A stretch of DNA of 63,445 bases, filler included, from Octopus bimaculoides (taxonomy: Eukaryota): assembly GCF_001194135.2 (NCBI RefSeq). It is 5 parts of 5 records of this genome, joined end to end, with 100 filler letters (N's around TTAATTAATTAA, not from the genome) between each part and the next. Parts side by side here need not be neighbours in the genome. Positions count along the whole stretch, not along the records: positions 1 to 24,323 come from NC_069009.1; positions 24,424 to 31,404 come from NC_068981.1; positions 31,505 to 57,739 come from NC_068988.1; 2 more parts are not named here. One strand, given 5' to 3'. The position numbers and the translations under genes are program-made. The notes beneath the pieces were generated by a model. That model was not told the DNA's origin. It ran no database searches and worked only from the letters and a program-made list of their open reading frames with translations. This document shows, piece by piece, positions 20,645 to 57,839 of the stretch. How positions within the stretch are numbered: position 1 is the stretch's first letter; the number at the start of each line of letters is the position of its first letter.

Positions 20645-20700
20645 CTTGTAATTATAATTCTGTAGCAGGAAGTTCCGTTCCAACTGATTGGTTTGTCTTG
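20645..20700 (-). promoter_or_regulatory. Possible promoter motifs (CCAAT box AACCAATCAG next to ETS-like GGAA sites) in unique sequence upstream of NHA2
   Basis: Motif match only; no transcript evidence. Confidence 0.2.
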
Positions 20701-20966
20701 GCCATGTTGTGATTATAGCGGTCAGCTGGTCAAACAGGTTCTGTTGGTCTGGCCTCATTATTTGCCCTGTCTGTGTACAGACATAATGGTCGGTATTGGA
20801 TATTCATTTACAAGTAACGGCATTAAGGTCACAGACAATTTTAACAGACAGTGTGTGTTTATATAAATAGAGAAACATTGATACACATACATACACAGAT
20901 AAATACAAACATATATATACACACACGGAATATATATATGTTCGTGTGTGTGTGTGTATTTATATA

Positions 20967-21017
<51 letters not shown>

Positions 21018-21126
21018 NNNNNNNNNNNNNNNNNNNNNNNATTTATATAAATAAAGGATAAGATCGATATTTAAAATATTGATTTTATCAAGTGGCCAGC
21101 ATGGTAATAAAAACCATCAAAGGTAA

Positions 21127-21381
21127 AAATTATTTAAAATTATAATTTAGGGTATCTAAGAGATACCGCCACGCTGAAAATAACAGTCAGATCTTGACTC
21201 TAAACCACAATAAATGTTCATATAGCACTTTATCCAGTTATTTTTACTAGTTTATTTTATCTTCGTCTTCGCTCTTCGTGCTATATGACCATTCATTGTG
21301 GTTTAGAGTCAAGATTTGACTGCTATTTTTTCAGCGTGGCGGTATCTCTTAGATACCCTATATTATAATTTTAAATAATTT
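21127..21381. mobile_element. Foldback/palindromic MITE-like element
   Basis: Arms 21127-21226 and 21278-21381 are near-perfect inverted repeats (TAGGGTATCTAAGAGATACCGCCACGCTGAAAA...). Confidence 0.8.
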
Positions 21382-21388
21382 ATATATA

Positions 21389-21421
<33 letters not shown>

Positions 21422-21424
21422 ATA

Positions 21425-21760
21425 CTTATGGTTCAGTGGTTAGAGCATTGAGCTCACAATCATGAGGTAGTGAGTTCAATTCCTGAACTGGCTTGTGTGT
21501 TGTGTTCTTGAGCAAGACACTTTATTTCTCATTGCTGCAGTTCACTCAGCTGTAGAAATGAGTTGTGACATCACTGGTGCCAAGCTGCATCGGCCTTTGC
21601 CTTTCTCTTGGATAACATCAGTGGCATGGAAAGGGGGGGGGGGGGCTGGTATGCATGGGTGACCACTGGTCTTCCATAAACACCCTTGCCCGACTTGTGC
21701 CTCGGAGGGGAACTTTCTCGGTGCAATCCCATGGTCATTCATGACCGAAGGTGGGGTCTT
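21425..21760 (+). mobile_element. tRNA-derived SINE, family J
   Basis: TGGTTCAGTGGTTAGAGCA...GAGTTCAATTCC head plus TTCTTGAGCAAGACAC core; relatives at about 17160-17380, 34870-35010 and 35750-36030. Confidence 0.65.
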
Positions 21761-23718
21761 TACTCTTTTTCTATTTTCTCTCCCTGTTTATTTCTGTGTT
21801 CCTTTCTGTCGAAGAGCATAGGCTCAAAATGTAAAAGCCTTTCTCACTTCCCGAGCGTTAAACTAATACATCTGTTTGTTGTTTACACACCCGTCTTCGT
21901 CTTTTGTTTTTTTTTGTAAATTCTCACTATATATATATAATGATGGCGTGTGCATCGTTGGCGATTTTCTTTCTGTCTTCCCTTCTTTAAAATTAATTGA
22001 AATAAAGGCAGTGTATTTTCAACAGAAATATGAAAAATTAAAGGGTCAAACATACAGGAACTAGTCATACAAAATGGTGCAGCAGTATCATTGTAAACTA
22101 CTAAGCTTCTTTCAGTTTCCCTCTCCCAAATCCAATCATGAGGCTTTCGTTGATGCAAAGCCACAACAGAAGACATTACCCCAGGTGCCATGCAGTGGGT
22201 GAGATTGAAACCAGGACCATGTCACTTGGAAGCAAACTTCTTAACCACACAACATGCCAGTGGCTATGAAAACAAAAAAGAATACATAAATAAACATACA
22301 ACTAAATAATTAAACACAGTCAGCTGAAATTAAACTGGTTGAATCGACAAGTTTCAATAAATGCTACCATGTTTACCAGGTAGAAGTACTTGTTGAAACA
22401 TGTACTTAGATCCTGTGTGATTTCAAATGACCTATTTCAATTATTTATACTCTATATCCGGTATTGAGTACTCTCTCTTCGGCTTGCTGCCAGTCGTCTG
22501 TGTGTGTATAAGGTTAGCAGGAACTTCAAAGACAATGTCAGTGCTCTTCTTGTAAAAGTATAATAGATATGTACTTCACATCGCCAACCGGTGGTTGTCA
22601 CATGCTGTTCATGGGCCAATACCCAGAAACTCTGGTCCATGTGTATCACGTCAGGATGGAGATGGGAAGGATGACTTCCCTTTGCAAATGCTGATAGGGC
22701 ACAGACGGGCTTCTTTCAGTTTCCGTCTACCAAATTCACTCACAAGGCTTTGGTCAGCCCGAGGCTATAGTAGAAGACACTTGCCCAAGGTGCCACGCAG
22801 TGGGACTGAACCCGGAACCATGTGGTTGGTAAGCAAGCTACTTACCACACAGCCACACACATTATATGTGTGTGTGTCCGTCCCTCACCAGCGGTTGACA
22901 ACCAGTAAAGGTGTGTTTACGTTCCCGTTGTGGAGGCGCAATGGCCCAGTGGTTAGGGCAGCGGACTCGCGGTCATNNNNNNNNNNNNNNNNNNNNNNNN
23001 NNNNNNNNNNNNNNNNNNNNNNNNNNNNNNNNNNNNNNNNNNNNNNNNNNNNNNNNNNNNNNNNNNNNNNNNNNNNNNNNNNNNNNNNNNNNNNNNNNNN
23101 NNNNNNNNNNNNNNNNNNNNNNNNNNNNNNNNNNNNNNNNNNNNNNNNNNNNNNNNNNNNNNNNNNNNNNNNNNNNNNNNNNNNNNNNNNNNNNNNNNNA
23201 CGCCTAATGGTCCACGCGGCTCCGGCAGGGGATGGTGGCCAACCCTGCTGTACTCGTTCACCACAACTTTCTCTCGCTCTTACTTCCTGTTTCTGTTGTA
23301 CTTGTAATTCGAAGGGTCGGCCTTGTCACACTAAATATCCCCGAGAACTACGTTAAGGGTACACGTGTCTGTGGAGTGCTCAGCCACTTGCACGTTAATT
23401 TCACGTGCAGGCTGTTCCGTTGATCGGATCAACTGGAACCCTCGTCGTCGTAACCGACGGAGTGCCAACGTTCCCGTAACTTGCAGTTACTGGGTTCGAT
23501 TCATTAAATACTTCAACACGGTACCCCCAGCACGGAGCACATTTGTGTAGGTATGCCAAAAATCAATTTTAAAAAAGAAAAACAAATTCTCAAATCCAAA
23601 CAATTGTTTTTTTTTAGACACAATCAAATAAGTCGAAAGAATTGAGCTGAAAAAGTTGTACTCGTTATGACTACAATCGACTAAGAAATGGTTTAAAAAT
23701 GAGTTGTTTATCGAAGCA

Positions 23719-23837
23719 GCCAGGATGGCCGTGCGGTCTAAGGCGCCAGACTCAAGGTACATGTAATCTACCTTATCCGGAACATTGAGTATTCTGGTCC
23801 ACAAATGTGGGTGTGGGTTCGAATCCCACTTCTGCCA
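23719..23837 (+). tRNA. tRNA-Leu(CAA) with 35-nt intron (23757-23791); possibly a variant or pseudogene
   Basis: GCCAGGATGGCCGTGCGGTCTAAGGCGCCAGACTCAAG-intron-TTCTGGTCCACAAATGTGGGTGTGGGTTCGAATCCCACTTCTGCCA. Anticodon stem CCAGA/TCTGG, long variable arm CCACA/TGTGG, T arm GTGGG-TTCGAAT-CCCAC. The intron sits at the canonical 37/38 position and contains TTGAGT, complementary to the anticodon loop. Deviations: T at invariant A14 and a C2:C71 mismatch. Confidence 0.88.
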
Positions 23838-24323
23838 GCTCGCCACCTTAAACTAATGGCCCTTTCTACTATAAGCATAAGGCCTGAGATTTTAAGGGAA
23901 GGGGTTCTAAGTCAGTTACATCGTCCCCAGTGCTAAACTGGTATTTATTTTATCGACCCTGAAAGGATGAAAGACAAAGTTGACCCCAGCGAAATTTGAA
24001 CTCCGAACTCTTTTGCCAGGCATGCTAATAATTCTACTGCCTTATTGGTTTCAAATTTTGGCACAAAGACAGCAATTTCGAGGGAGGGATTAAGTCGAAC
24101 CCCCCAATGTTCGACTAGTGCTTATTTTATCAACTCTATTCGAAAGGATGAAAGGCAAAGTCGACCTCGGTGGAATTTGAATTCAGAATGTAAAGACGGA
24201 CGAAATGGCGCTAAGCATTTTGTCCGGCGTGCTAACGATTCTGCCAACCGGTAGCCTTAAACAATAACAGTAACTGACAATAACAACTTACAGTTTGGCC
24301 CAAGTGAAAGTGGTACGCTATAA

Positions 24324-24423
24324 NNNNNNNNNNNNNNNNNNNNNNNNNNNNNNNNNNNNNNNNNNNNTTAATTAATTAANNNNNNNNNNNNNNNNNNNNN
24401 NNNNNNNNNNNNNNNNNNNNNNN
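24324..24423. other. Artificial 100-bp scaffold spacer (44 N + TTAATTAATTAA + 44 N)
   Basis: The same construct appears four times; the 12-mer has stops in all six frames. Confidence 0.95.
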
Positions 24424-24660
24424 TATATTTGTTTTGCAAGATTTTTGATGTGAAATCGTGTGTTGAAACAGATGTTGTTGTATTTTGGGATGGTCATATT
24501 GCCAGTTTAGCCAATAAAAACACACGCACTGTATATTTGGTGTTAATTTGCTTCAGCTTTATATTACATTACATTACATTAATCATATTTCGGCCAGAGT
24601 TCTTTCGTCACACTTCTGTGACCTCATCAGTGGTCCTTTGCTTTCTTCTTTCTTATGTGT
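24424..24660 (-). mobile_element. Family G repeat, longest copy
   Basis: As above; extends to the gap at 24423. Confidence 0.65.
24592..24636 (-). ncRNA. Second, identical hammerhead motif (family G)
   Basis: The 45 nt are identical to 19160-19204. Confidence 0.75.
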
Positions 24661-25255
24661 GTCCCTCCTTGCAATCAAGGACAGACAAACGGATTAAGTC
24701 GATTATATCGACCCCAGTACGTAACTGGTACTTATTTAATCGATCCCGAAAGGATGAAAGGCAAAGTTGACCACAACGGAATTTGAACTCAGAACGTTGC
24801 GGCAGATGAAATACCGCTAAGCATTTCGCCCGGCGTGCTAACGTTTCTGCTAGCTCACCGGCTTCCATTAGTTTCCGTCTACCATATTAGCTTACAAGGC
24901 TTTGTCTGGCCTGAAGCTATAGAAGAAGAAAGCTATTTAAGGTGCCACGCAGTGGGACTGAAACCGAAGTCACGTCTTCCTGTTTGACTCTCTTTTTTCT
25001 TCTTTCCTTTTTGTTTTTTACTAAAGCTATTTGTAAAACATAACGTTTGGAATAAATATTTCCATTGAGCCAACCCCTTCTATTCTCTGCATTTCCCATC
25101 TGCAATAATGTCATGGGAGTTTCTGTAACTTGATGTATCTCAAAGAGCATCGTTCCTAACACATTGATTTTTTCGATTTGTTTCTCTCGAAGTCGTTTAT
25201 ATCGTCAATGATACGTACAATCATTTACATAACATACATACATGCAGAGAGCGAA

Positions 25256-25377
<122 letters not shown>

Positions 25378-26294
25378 GGAGAGAAAGAAAGAGAGAGAGA
25401 AAGAGAAAGAGAGAGAGAGAAAAGAAGAAAGACAAAAAGAGAGATTCGTCTGCTGGTTTTAATCATTGGACTGCATCCTCTGAGGATTTAGTAGACAAAT
25501 ACATATTCAGAGCTGGTACTTAGGTACTTATGTCATCGAACTATATTTATATTTAGTTTGACAGACGTGAAGCAATAAGAAATAAATAAAAGACACGGAA
25601 TAAATATATTATTACTTAAAAGCAATAATATAAACTAGATGTATTTTAGAAAACATGAAAAGACTTCACTATATATATTATTTTGTCTATTGGATTTGCA
25701 TGTGTCTTAATGCACAGTAACTCTGTTCAATACATTTTATATATTGGTGAAGAGGAATTTTGAGGTACCCCATTGCTCTTCTGGTACAAGGCGGTGAGCG
25801 CTTTATGATATTCCAGGTACCAGGCACCCAATAATGTATTTTTCCTTCATGATCCAGAACTGTAGCTCCGTCAAAGAAATGAACCTCGGAGAAACGTGTC
25901 TTAAAAACATATATCACTTTCGGTTCCTGTGCAGGAAAATGTGCAAGTGGTGCAGCCACAGCGCGGGTCCGTGCATCTGCAGCAACAATATTCCGAGCAC
26001 AGCTAGGCGCAAGGCTAGAAATTTTGAGAAGAGTGATTTAGTCGATTACATCGAATTCATTCCAACTCTATATTCTGAGATCAAATCTCGCGGAAGTGAG
26101 TATTGTCTTTCATTTTAATAGGGTTGATAAAATGAAACACAAGACAAGTTCTGGAGTCACTTTGACTATTCTCTTCTACTCCTAAATTGCTAGTCCTATA
26201 CCTAAATTTGAAACTAAAATTGAAAACCATTGTAAGGTATTTACTTGTAGGGATGGGTTGAGCCGGCGGTGAGTACCGCATGTTCGGAGTCTCA

Positions 26295-26362
26295 GTGGTT
26301 CCCTGTCACATGTGGTTCCCTGTCACATGTGATTCCCTGTCACATGTGGTTCCCTGTCACAT
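26295..26362. repeat. 4 x 17-bp tandem repeat GTGGTTCCCTGTCACAT
   Basis: Exact units with one substitution. Confidence 0.92.
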
Positions 26363-26839
26363 GCATACACACGTTGTGATAGTGTGACCCGTAATAGCTC
26401 GTCTTACCGTCGATTGTCGACCGTTGCAAAGGATAAGTTACTTAGCAAGGAGTGGCTTGGACTATAAAATTTAGAGAAAGTTTCTGCAAGTAAAGTCTTC
26501 TGTGCAGTTTTGTTTCGCAGTTGAGAGCCATTTTACTTAAAAAGAATGAGAAAAAAATGTTTTGGAAAAGTACAATCAATGCAATGTCATTCATAAGTTG
26601 AACGCCAACGTGGGAGCGTTTGCGGGATATAGCAACCAGATACTCTGGAAATCATATCTTAATGTCTTCAAAGGAGAGGGACACATGCGGTGTTGTCAAT
26701 AACAGAATCGCCAAGGAATTGCCACGGCTAGTACACTTTCCTTATAGGCCATTTCAGACACGACTTCATCAGAACAGCAGTGGAAATAAGAATCAACATT
26801 TTAGAAGCTTTGGATATGCAAAACGACGAGGACGACGAG

Positions 26840-26882
<43 letters not shown>

Positions 26883-26892
26883 NNNNNNNNNN

Positions 26893-26926
<34 letters not shown>

Positions 26927-28109
26927 AGCGACGATGACAAAACAAAAAGGAATACAATTTTAATAGTAAGTTAAAACACGGCAGAAACCAAACCAAGAAA
27001 CTGCCAATATTCGGGATTGCGGACTAAGCACTCGTTTCAAAGAATCAACCTATCTTTTGGTCGTACATGGTGTGTATCAATATTGCGTACAAATAATGCA
27101 ATTCATTCTACTTGTAAGGATATTTGAATACTAAATGTCATTATGGGATACAATTATTGCATCTGAAAGTGTTAAAAGGTGAACTTGTTATGCAAAGGAC
27201 AGCTGCTGTTAAAAGTTCTGAAGCTGACGATGTACAAACAATGATAAAACATTTAGTTCTAATTGCATCCGGGTATTAAAACTGACAAGCTTTATAAATA
27301 CAGAAAAATGATGGCTGCGAAATTAATTTTTCCGATCAATAACGATAAATCAGTTTTCTGATTGTATTCCTTCACACGAACCGATATATTTTCAATAACG
27401 TCCCACGTAACTGGTCAGAATCCCAGAGGAGTGGATGGGAACGAAATATAGAATTATTGACGGAAGTGGGCAGAGAGCGTGAAGGGAAGGACAAGATAGA
27501 TACCAAGATAATAGACAGGGAGGGGGAAGTAAGAGAGAAAGAATGGAAAGAGGAAAAGGAAGAGGAGAGGAATCTATATTGCACTATTGTGGCATTCAGA
27601 ACAAGTATATCTGTGATTTACTGTTGTTATAACAACAGTAACAGAAATAACACTGGAATAAAAATCGAAGCCACAACGAGGTTGATCAGATACTAAAAAC
27701 AGCAGCCATATAACCCTCAAACATATCAATACCTAAAGTAAGAAAATACACAGCAGGTCATGTACTTCCAGTAATGCTATACTCCGTAAAAGACAAGGTA
27801 CACACGTTAGCATGTAACACAGAAAGAGAAAACTGGCAGGGCCATCTTGGGGTTGGAGATCGATAACAAGAACAACAATTACGATAATAATGTTTCCGAA
27901 ATTTTTGGGGTGGGGCCGGTCGATTAGAGCGACCCAGTATGCAACTGGTACTTAATTTATCGACTCCGAAAGGATGAAAGGCAAAGTCGACCTTGACGGA
28001 ATTTGAACTCAGAATGTAAAGGCAGACGAAATACCGCTAAGCATTTTGCCCGGCGTGCTAACGTTTCTTATTTCTTTTTTGCCCTCAAGGGGCTAAACAT
28101 AGAGGGGGA

Positions 28110-28310
28110 CAAAAAAGGATAGACCAAGGGGTTAAGTCGATTACATCGACCCCAGTGCGTAACTGGTACTTAATTTATCGACCCCGAAAGGATGAAAGGC
28201 AAAGTCGACCTTGGCGGAATTTGAACTCAGAATGTAAAGGCAGACAAAATACCGCTAAGCATTTTGCCCGGCGTGCTCACGTTTCTGCCAGCTCACCGCC
28301 TTACAACTGC
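28110..28310 (-). mobile_element. tRNA-derived SINE, family D
   Basis: Head GGCGGTGAGCTGGCAGAA...GAGTTCAAATTCC; copies at about 230-360, 23870-24262, 24680-24870, 27900-28070, 31860-32075, 48670-48880 and 52950-53570. Confidence 0.8.
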
Positions 28311-28389
28311 GATAATAATGATAACAACAATACTAATGGTGATAACAATAATAATAAAAGTAGAGAAATAAATAATAAATAAATAAGTA

Positions 28390-29728
28390 GGATCTCCAGT
28401 AGCGGGGCCGTCCACTTAGGGTAATCCATGACAAACCCCACAAAAAATTCCGGATTACTCTGCCAAGTCCAAGGCATGGAAAAGTGCCCTCTTCCAATTT
28501 CTTTCCCCCTGCTTACAAAAGCATATTTAGAGTAGATCCATTAAGCTTCATCGCTCTTGCCACAGTCGAACACCTTTTGATAAACACATTAGAAGGCAGC
28601 ACCTCTGTCTCTACTCCTCAACATCCTCTTCAAATGATATTTGAAGAAATTAATGAGGGCTTGACCAGATAGGAATGTGCCTGTGTTCAAACCTTTCAGA
28701 CGAGTCCAACACACAGCCTCTTTTGCCACAGCCACTAAGCAGAAAAAAAGCCTGCCTTCCTTCTCTGCTAAGGGAAGGTAGGTGCGTCGATCTTCGGCAG
28801 ACAGCTGAATTCGTCTTACATGCGGCAACAGCTGCTCCACACAATCCCACAACTCTCTAATGCACAGAAACTGAACTATTGCCTGCAGGACGTCCCTCTG
28901 CAAGCATCTTGAGCAGGTTCGGGCGTTAGCACTTCCATGCTTGAAGAGCTTGTCTCGAACGGGCAATGCCTCTGTGCAGCACTACCGAGCCAAAGACTTT
29001 TGGAAATTGTCCACGATTTTCGACACGGTGTCCCTATGGAAGTGACTACCCAGACTGTTCTCGTCGATACCTAGATTCAATCCTAGGCCATCATTACACA
29101 AACCCTCAACTAGCCCCCCCCCCTAGAAATCTTGGTTTGTTTTCCCGCTAACGGTTTGAGGCAGCTGGTACAATGCAGTGTGCTCCTGGCAACATTCTAG
29201 ATGCCAAACGCCCAACTTTGGTCTACGTTTGACCCAAGACTGCAGCTCTGTTTGTGAGATGAGCTGCGGAAAGACGTGTCGCACGAAAGACGCTCACACT
29301 AGTTCACACTTATATTCGTCGTCGTCGTCTTCCACATCATCGCAGTGATTTAGATATTTCTGTAGGTGTGACAGTATCTAAGCGAGACGCCGCATCCTAA
29401 GACGACCACGGTGTGGGTGGTAACAGCAGATGGATTTCAAACCAGCGAAGCCTGACCCTTCGATAAGAATCGGAAAAGCAAGCGCTCCAATATGGTCAGA
29501 GTTTTCTTAGGACAGGGTACGACGGTTAGGTGGTAGTACACTACCGAAGCGATTTATTCATTCGCTACTTAAGCCCGTCCTTGCAGAGACAGCTTCCTTT
29601 CTGCCCATTTCTGGTGCGCTTGGCCACCTTAGTCACGACCCCTTCCCAGTTCCTTTCTACCTAGGGATCTGGTCCGAACCAGACTCCGAGCACTTTCACC
29701 GAGCCCTCCGTTCAGTAGCAGAAATCGC
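28390..29728 (-). mobile_element. 5'-truncated, decayed Tx1/L1-clade LINE (ORF2 C-terminal part)
   Basis: VKVLGVWFGP...W.ERKLSLQGR and PVRDKLFKHG...CSRC (zf-RVT-like) motifs, with multiple stops and frameshifts. Confidence 0.75.
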
Positions 29729-30095
29729 TAATAATAATAATAATATTATTATTATTATGATGTGGGGGAGCATCATAGCCATGTGTTGAGAGGAATTCTT
29801 TGGGGTTTGAATAATTCACCTTTGGAAACATGGGTGTTTTGCTCAACACCCTTAAACAAACCTTGTTCAGGGACCTTTTTAGCCGGATGGGCTACTCGAC
29901 CTGAAGAAAATTCTAACTGGGCCCCACTTGCGAGGTCATGCGCTGTTTATCTTAATATGAGATCACCATGTCGCGCACACATGGTTGTGAGGAATATGCC
30001 TGGTGTACCCTTATCAGACGGGTAGTCATGATGGGTATAATGGGCTTCGTATATTTTACCCCAGTGTCACTTTGATGGCATGTACNNNNNNNNNN

Positions 30096-30600
30096 TCTTG
30101 GTATAAAAGATGGGCTACAGCAAATATTCTGTTCAATACCACAGATTTGCTTGTCAGTTGCTTGATTTTAACCAGTTGAGCATGTCCCTTGGTGGCTGAC
30201 GATATGTGCATCTCTGATCACGAGCAGAAGTAGTGGGGGAGCATCATAGCCATGTGTTGAGAGGAATTCTTTGAGGTTTGGATAATTCACCTCTGAAAAT
30301 ATTGGTGTTTTTTTCATCATCCCTAAACAACCGTTATTTAGTGGCCTTTTGAGCATTTTGAGCATTTTGAGCAGGATGGGTTACTCGACATGAATATAAT
30401 TCTAACTGGGTCCCACCTACAAGGTCATGCACTGTTTATCTTGATATGAGATCACTATGTCGCGCACATATGGTTGTGATACATGTGTCTGGTGTACCCA
30501 TATCAGAAGGTAGTCATGACGGGTATACTGGGCTTTGTATACTTTACCCTAGTGTCATTTTGGTGGCATGCACTGCTCTCTCACTCAACAACAACAACAA
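30096..30600 (+). mobile_element. Non-autonomous retroposon-like repeat, family C, with (AAC/AAT)n tail
   Basis: Related copies at 12093-12405 and 29760-30085. Confidence 0.7.
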
Positions 30601-30627
30601 TGTGAGCATATGGTACATGTAAAGTTT

Positions 30628-30677
<50 letters not shown>

Positions 30678-31404
30678 CAAACAAGTTTGTTTTTGAAGCG
30701 TTGAAATGTATTGTAGAACAAGTAGAAAGATAGATTTTTTTTATTCAACGCGTAAATACTGAACAGTATATATAACGGATAAAATCCTTTTAAGAGCAGA
30801 AAAAAATTACCAGTAGCCAGCCATGATGATCGAACTAACACTCCTCTAATATCCGGTTGGAGTACTTTACCCTTTCAGCTAAACTGCCCAACTAGCAAAC
30901 TCTTCTGCAAATTTAGAAGTCATGCAGAAACACTAGATGTGTGTGTGTGTTAGTATGTGTGTTTGTGTGTGTGTGTGTGTGTGTATTTTAAGGGCTGTAA
31001 ATTTTAAATATGATAACCAGTGCAAGTATTATCTGATAAAGGACTCAATATATTGCGTATCGTGGACAGATATGTTTATTATCTTCGATATAGTAAACAC
31101 ACTAAAACAAAAAGTAACAACAACAACAACAACAACAAAAACAAAAACCCAGAATCCCAAACTAAGGGTAGTTCTACCTCTTACATCCGTTTAACAACTA
31201 AATATTTCTAGGATAATATAGATACAAAGTTTTCTAATAATTACTAATCGACTGGAGATTTATTTCAAAGTAAACAAATTAGTATTTTGAGCGAATCGAA
31301 ACAAAATAAAATTCATTGGAAAATAAAAATAGTATTAATGTGATTTAGAAAAGAAATAAAGCATTTAATGTAATATAACCTACCTAGAAGCACTAAAATT
31401 ATAT

Positions 31405-31504
31405 NNNNNNNNNNNNNNNNNNNNNNNNNNNNNNNNNNNNNNNNNNNNTTAATTAATTAANNNNNNNNNNNNNNNNNNNNNNNNNNNNNNNNNNNNNNNN
31501 NNNN
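31405..31504. other. Artificial 100-bp scaffold spacer
   Basis: 44 N + TTAATTAATTAA + 44 N. Confidence 0.95.
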
Positions 31505-31553
<49 letters not shown>

Positions 31554-31619
31554 CATCATGCCTTTGTCAGAAATTGTTACTTTGAAATAATGCAAATATT
31601 TTTATTTGATTCTTTTCAG

Positions 31620-57025
<25,406 letters not shown>

Positions 57026-57264
57026 CATTTATTTTAATACAATTCAGGGGTTCTCAACCATTTTTCATCTGTAGAAAGAAACCAAGTTGTTTCTTGCAAT
57101 ACACAACAATACATACACCTAAAGCAAAAGTTTTTTAGAAGTCCTTAAAATACCACTGTGGATCCCCAATTTATTGTTTTGTTGCATGGACCTCCACCAG
57201 AAATCTTATATGAACCCTCAGGGGCTATATGAACACCCAGTTGAGAACCAATGCATTAGATGAT

Positions 57265-57460
57265 ATATGCCGGTAGCACGTAAAAAGCACCCACTACACT
57301 CTCGGAGTGGCTGGCATTAGGAAGGGTGTCCAGTTGTTGAAACCTTGCCAGATCAGATTGGAGCCTGATGCAGCTTTCTGGCTTGCCAGTCCTCAGTCAA
57401 ACCGTCCAACCCATGCCAGCATGGAAAGCTGCTGTTAAACGACGATAATGATGATGATGA
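57265..57460 (-). mobile_element. Repeat family E (RTE-type 3' end associated with (CAT)n)
   Basis: TTTAAC...TTTCCATGCTGGCATGGGTTGGA...CCTTCCTAATGCCAACCACT consensus; copies at about 6440-6555, 17450-17678, 41365-41545, 42085-42290, 45590-45790 and 51755-51900. Confidence 0.65.
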
Positions 57461-57739
57461 TGATATATATATATATATATACACAAATAATAAATGAGTA
57501 TATGCATATATACGTACATGTATGTACATACTTACATCTACCTGTATATATAGATGCATATCTGGGTACAGGACATTGCAAACAAAACGTAGACAAAATG
57601 ATAAACAAGTACAGAAAACACACAGGCCACATAGAGAACATTTCCTTCATCAGCTGCCACCATTCAACACTGGCGTTTCGAAGAGTTAGGGCAGGACACA
57701 TCGTTAAAATGGCTCTTCCCATGGACCACAAATTAAATT

Positions 57740-57839
57740 NNNNNNNNNNNNNNNNNNNNNNNNNNNNNNNNNNNNNNNNNNNNTTAATTAATTAANNNNN
57801 NNNNNNNNNNNNNNNNNNNNNNNNNNNNNNNNNNNNNNN
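57740..57839. other. Artificial 100-bp scaffold spacer
   Basis: 44 N + TTAATTAATTAA + 44 N. Confidence 0.95.

Noticed and set aside
22931-22976. tRNA-like SINE heads (families A, B, D, J) as tRNA genes
   Set aside because: They have A/B boxes but no complete cloverleaf, and they continue into repeat bodies.
24368-24379. TTAATTAATTAA islands inside gaps (also 31449, 57784, 59913) as a conserved element
   Set aside because: Each sits in the same construct with a 44-N left flank (44 N on the right where counted); this is an assembly spacer with six-frame stops, not biology.
25687-25959. Minus-strand 90-aa ORF (MAAPLAHF...)
   Set aside because: It is in exact antisense codon register to the plus-strand Cys-rich frame and has no recognisable domain; treated as a shadow or chance ORF.
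26735-26775. Minus-strand CUGAUGA...GAAA hammerhead-like match (also a plus-strand one near 62013-62040)
   Set aside because: Stems I and II cannot be formed convincingly.
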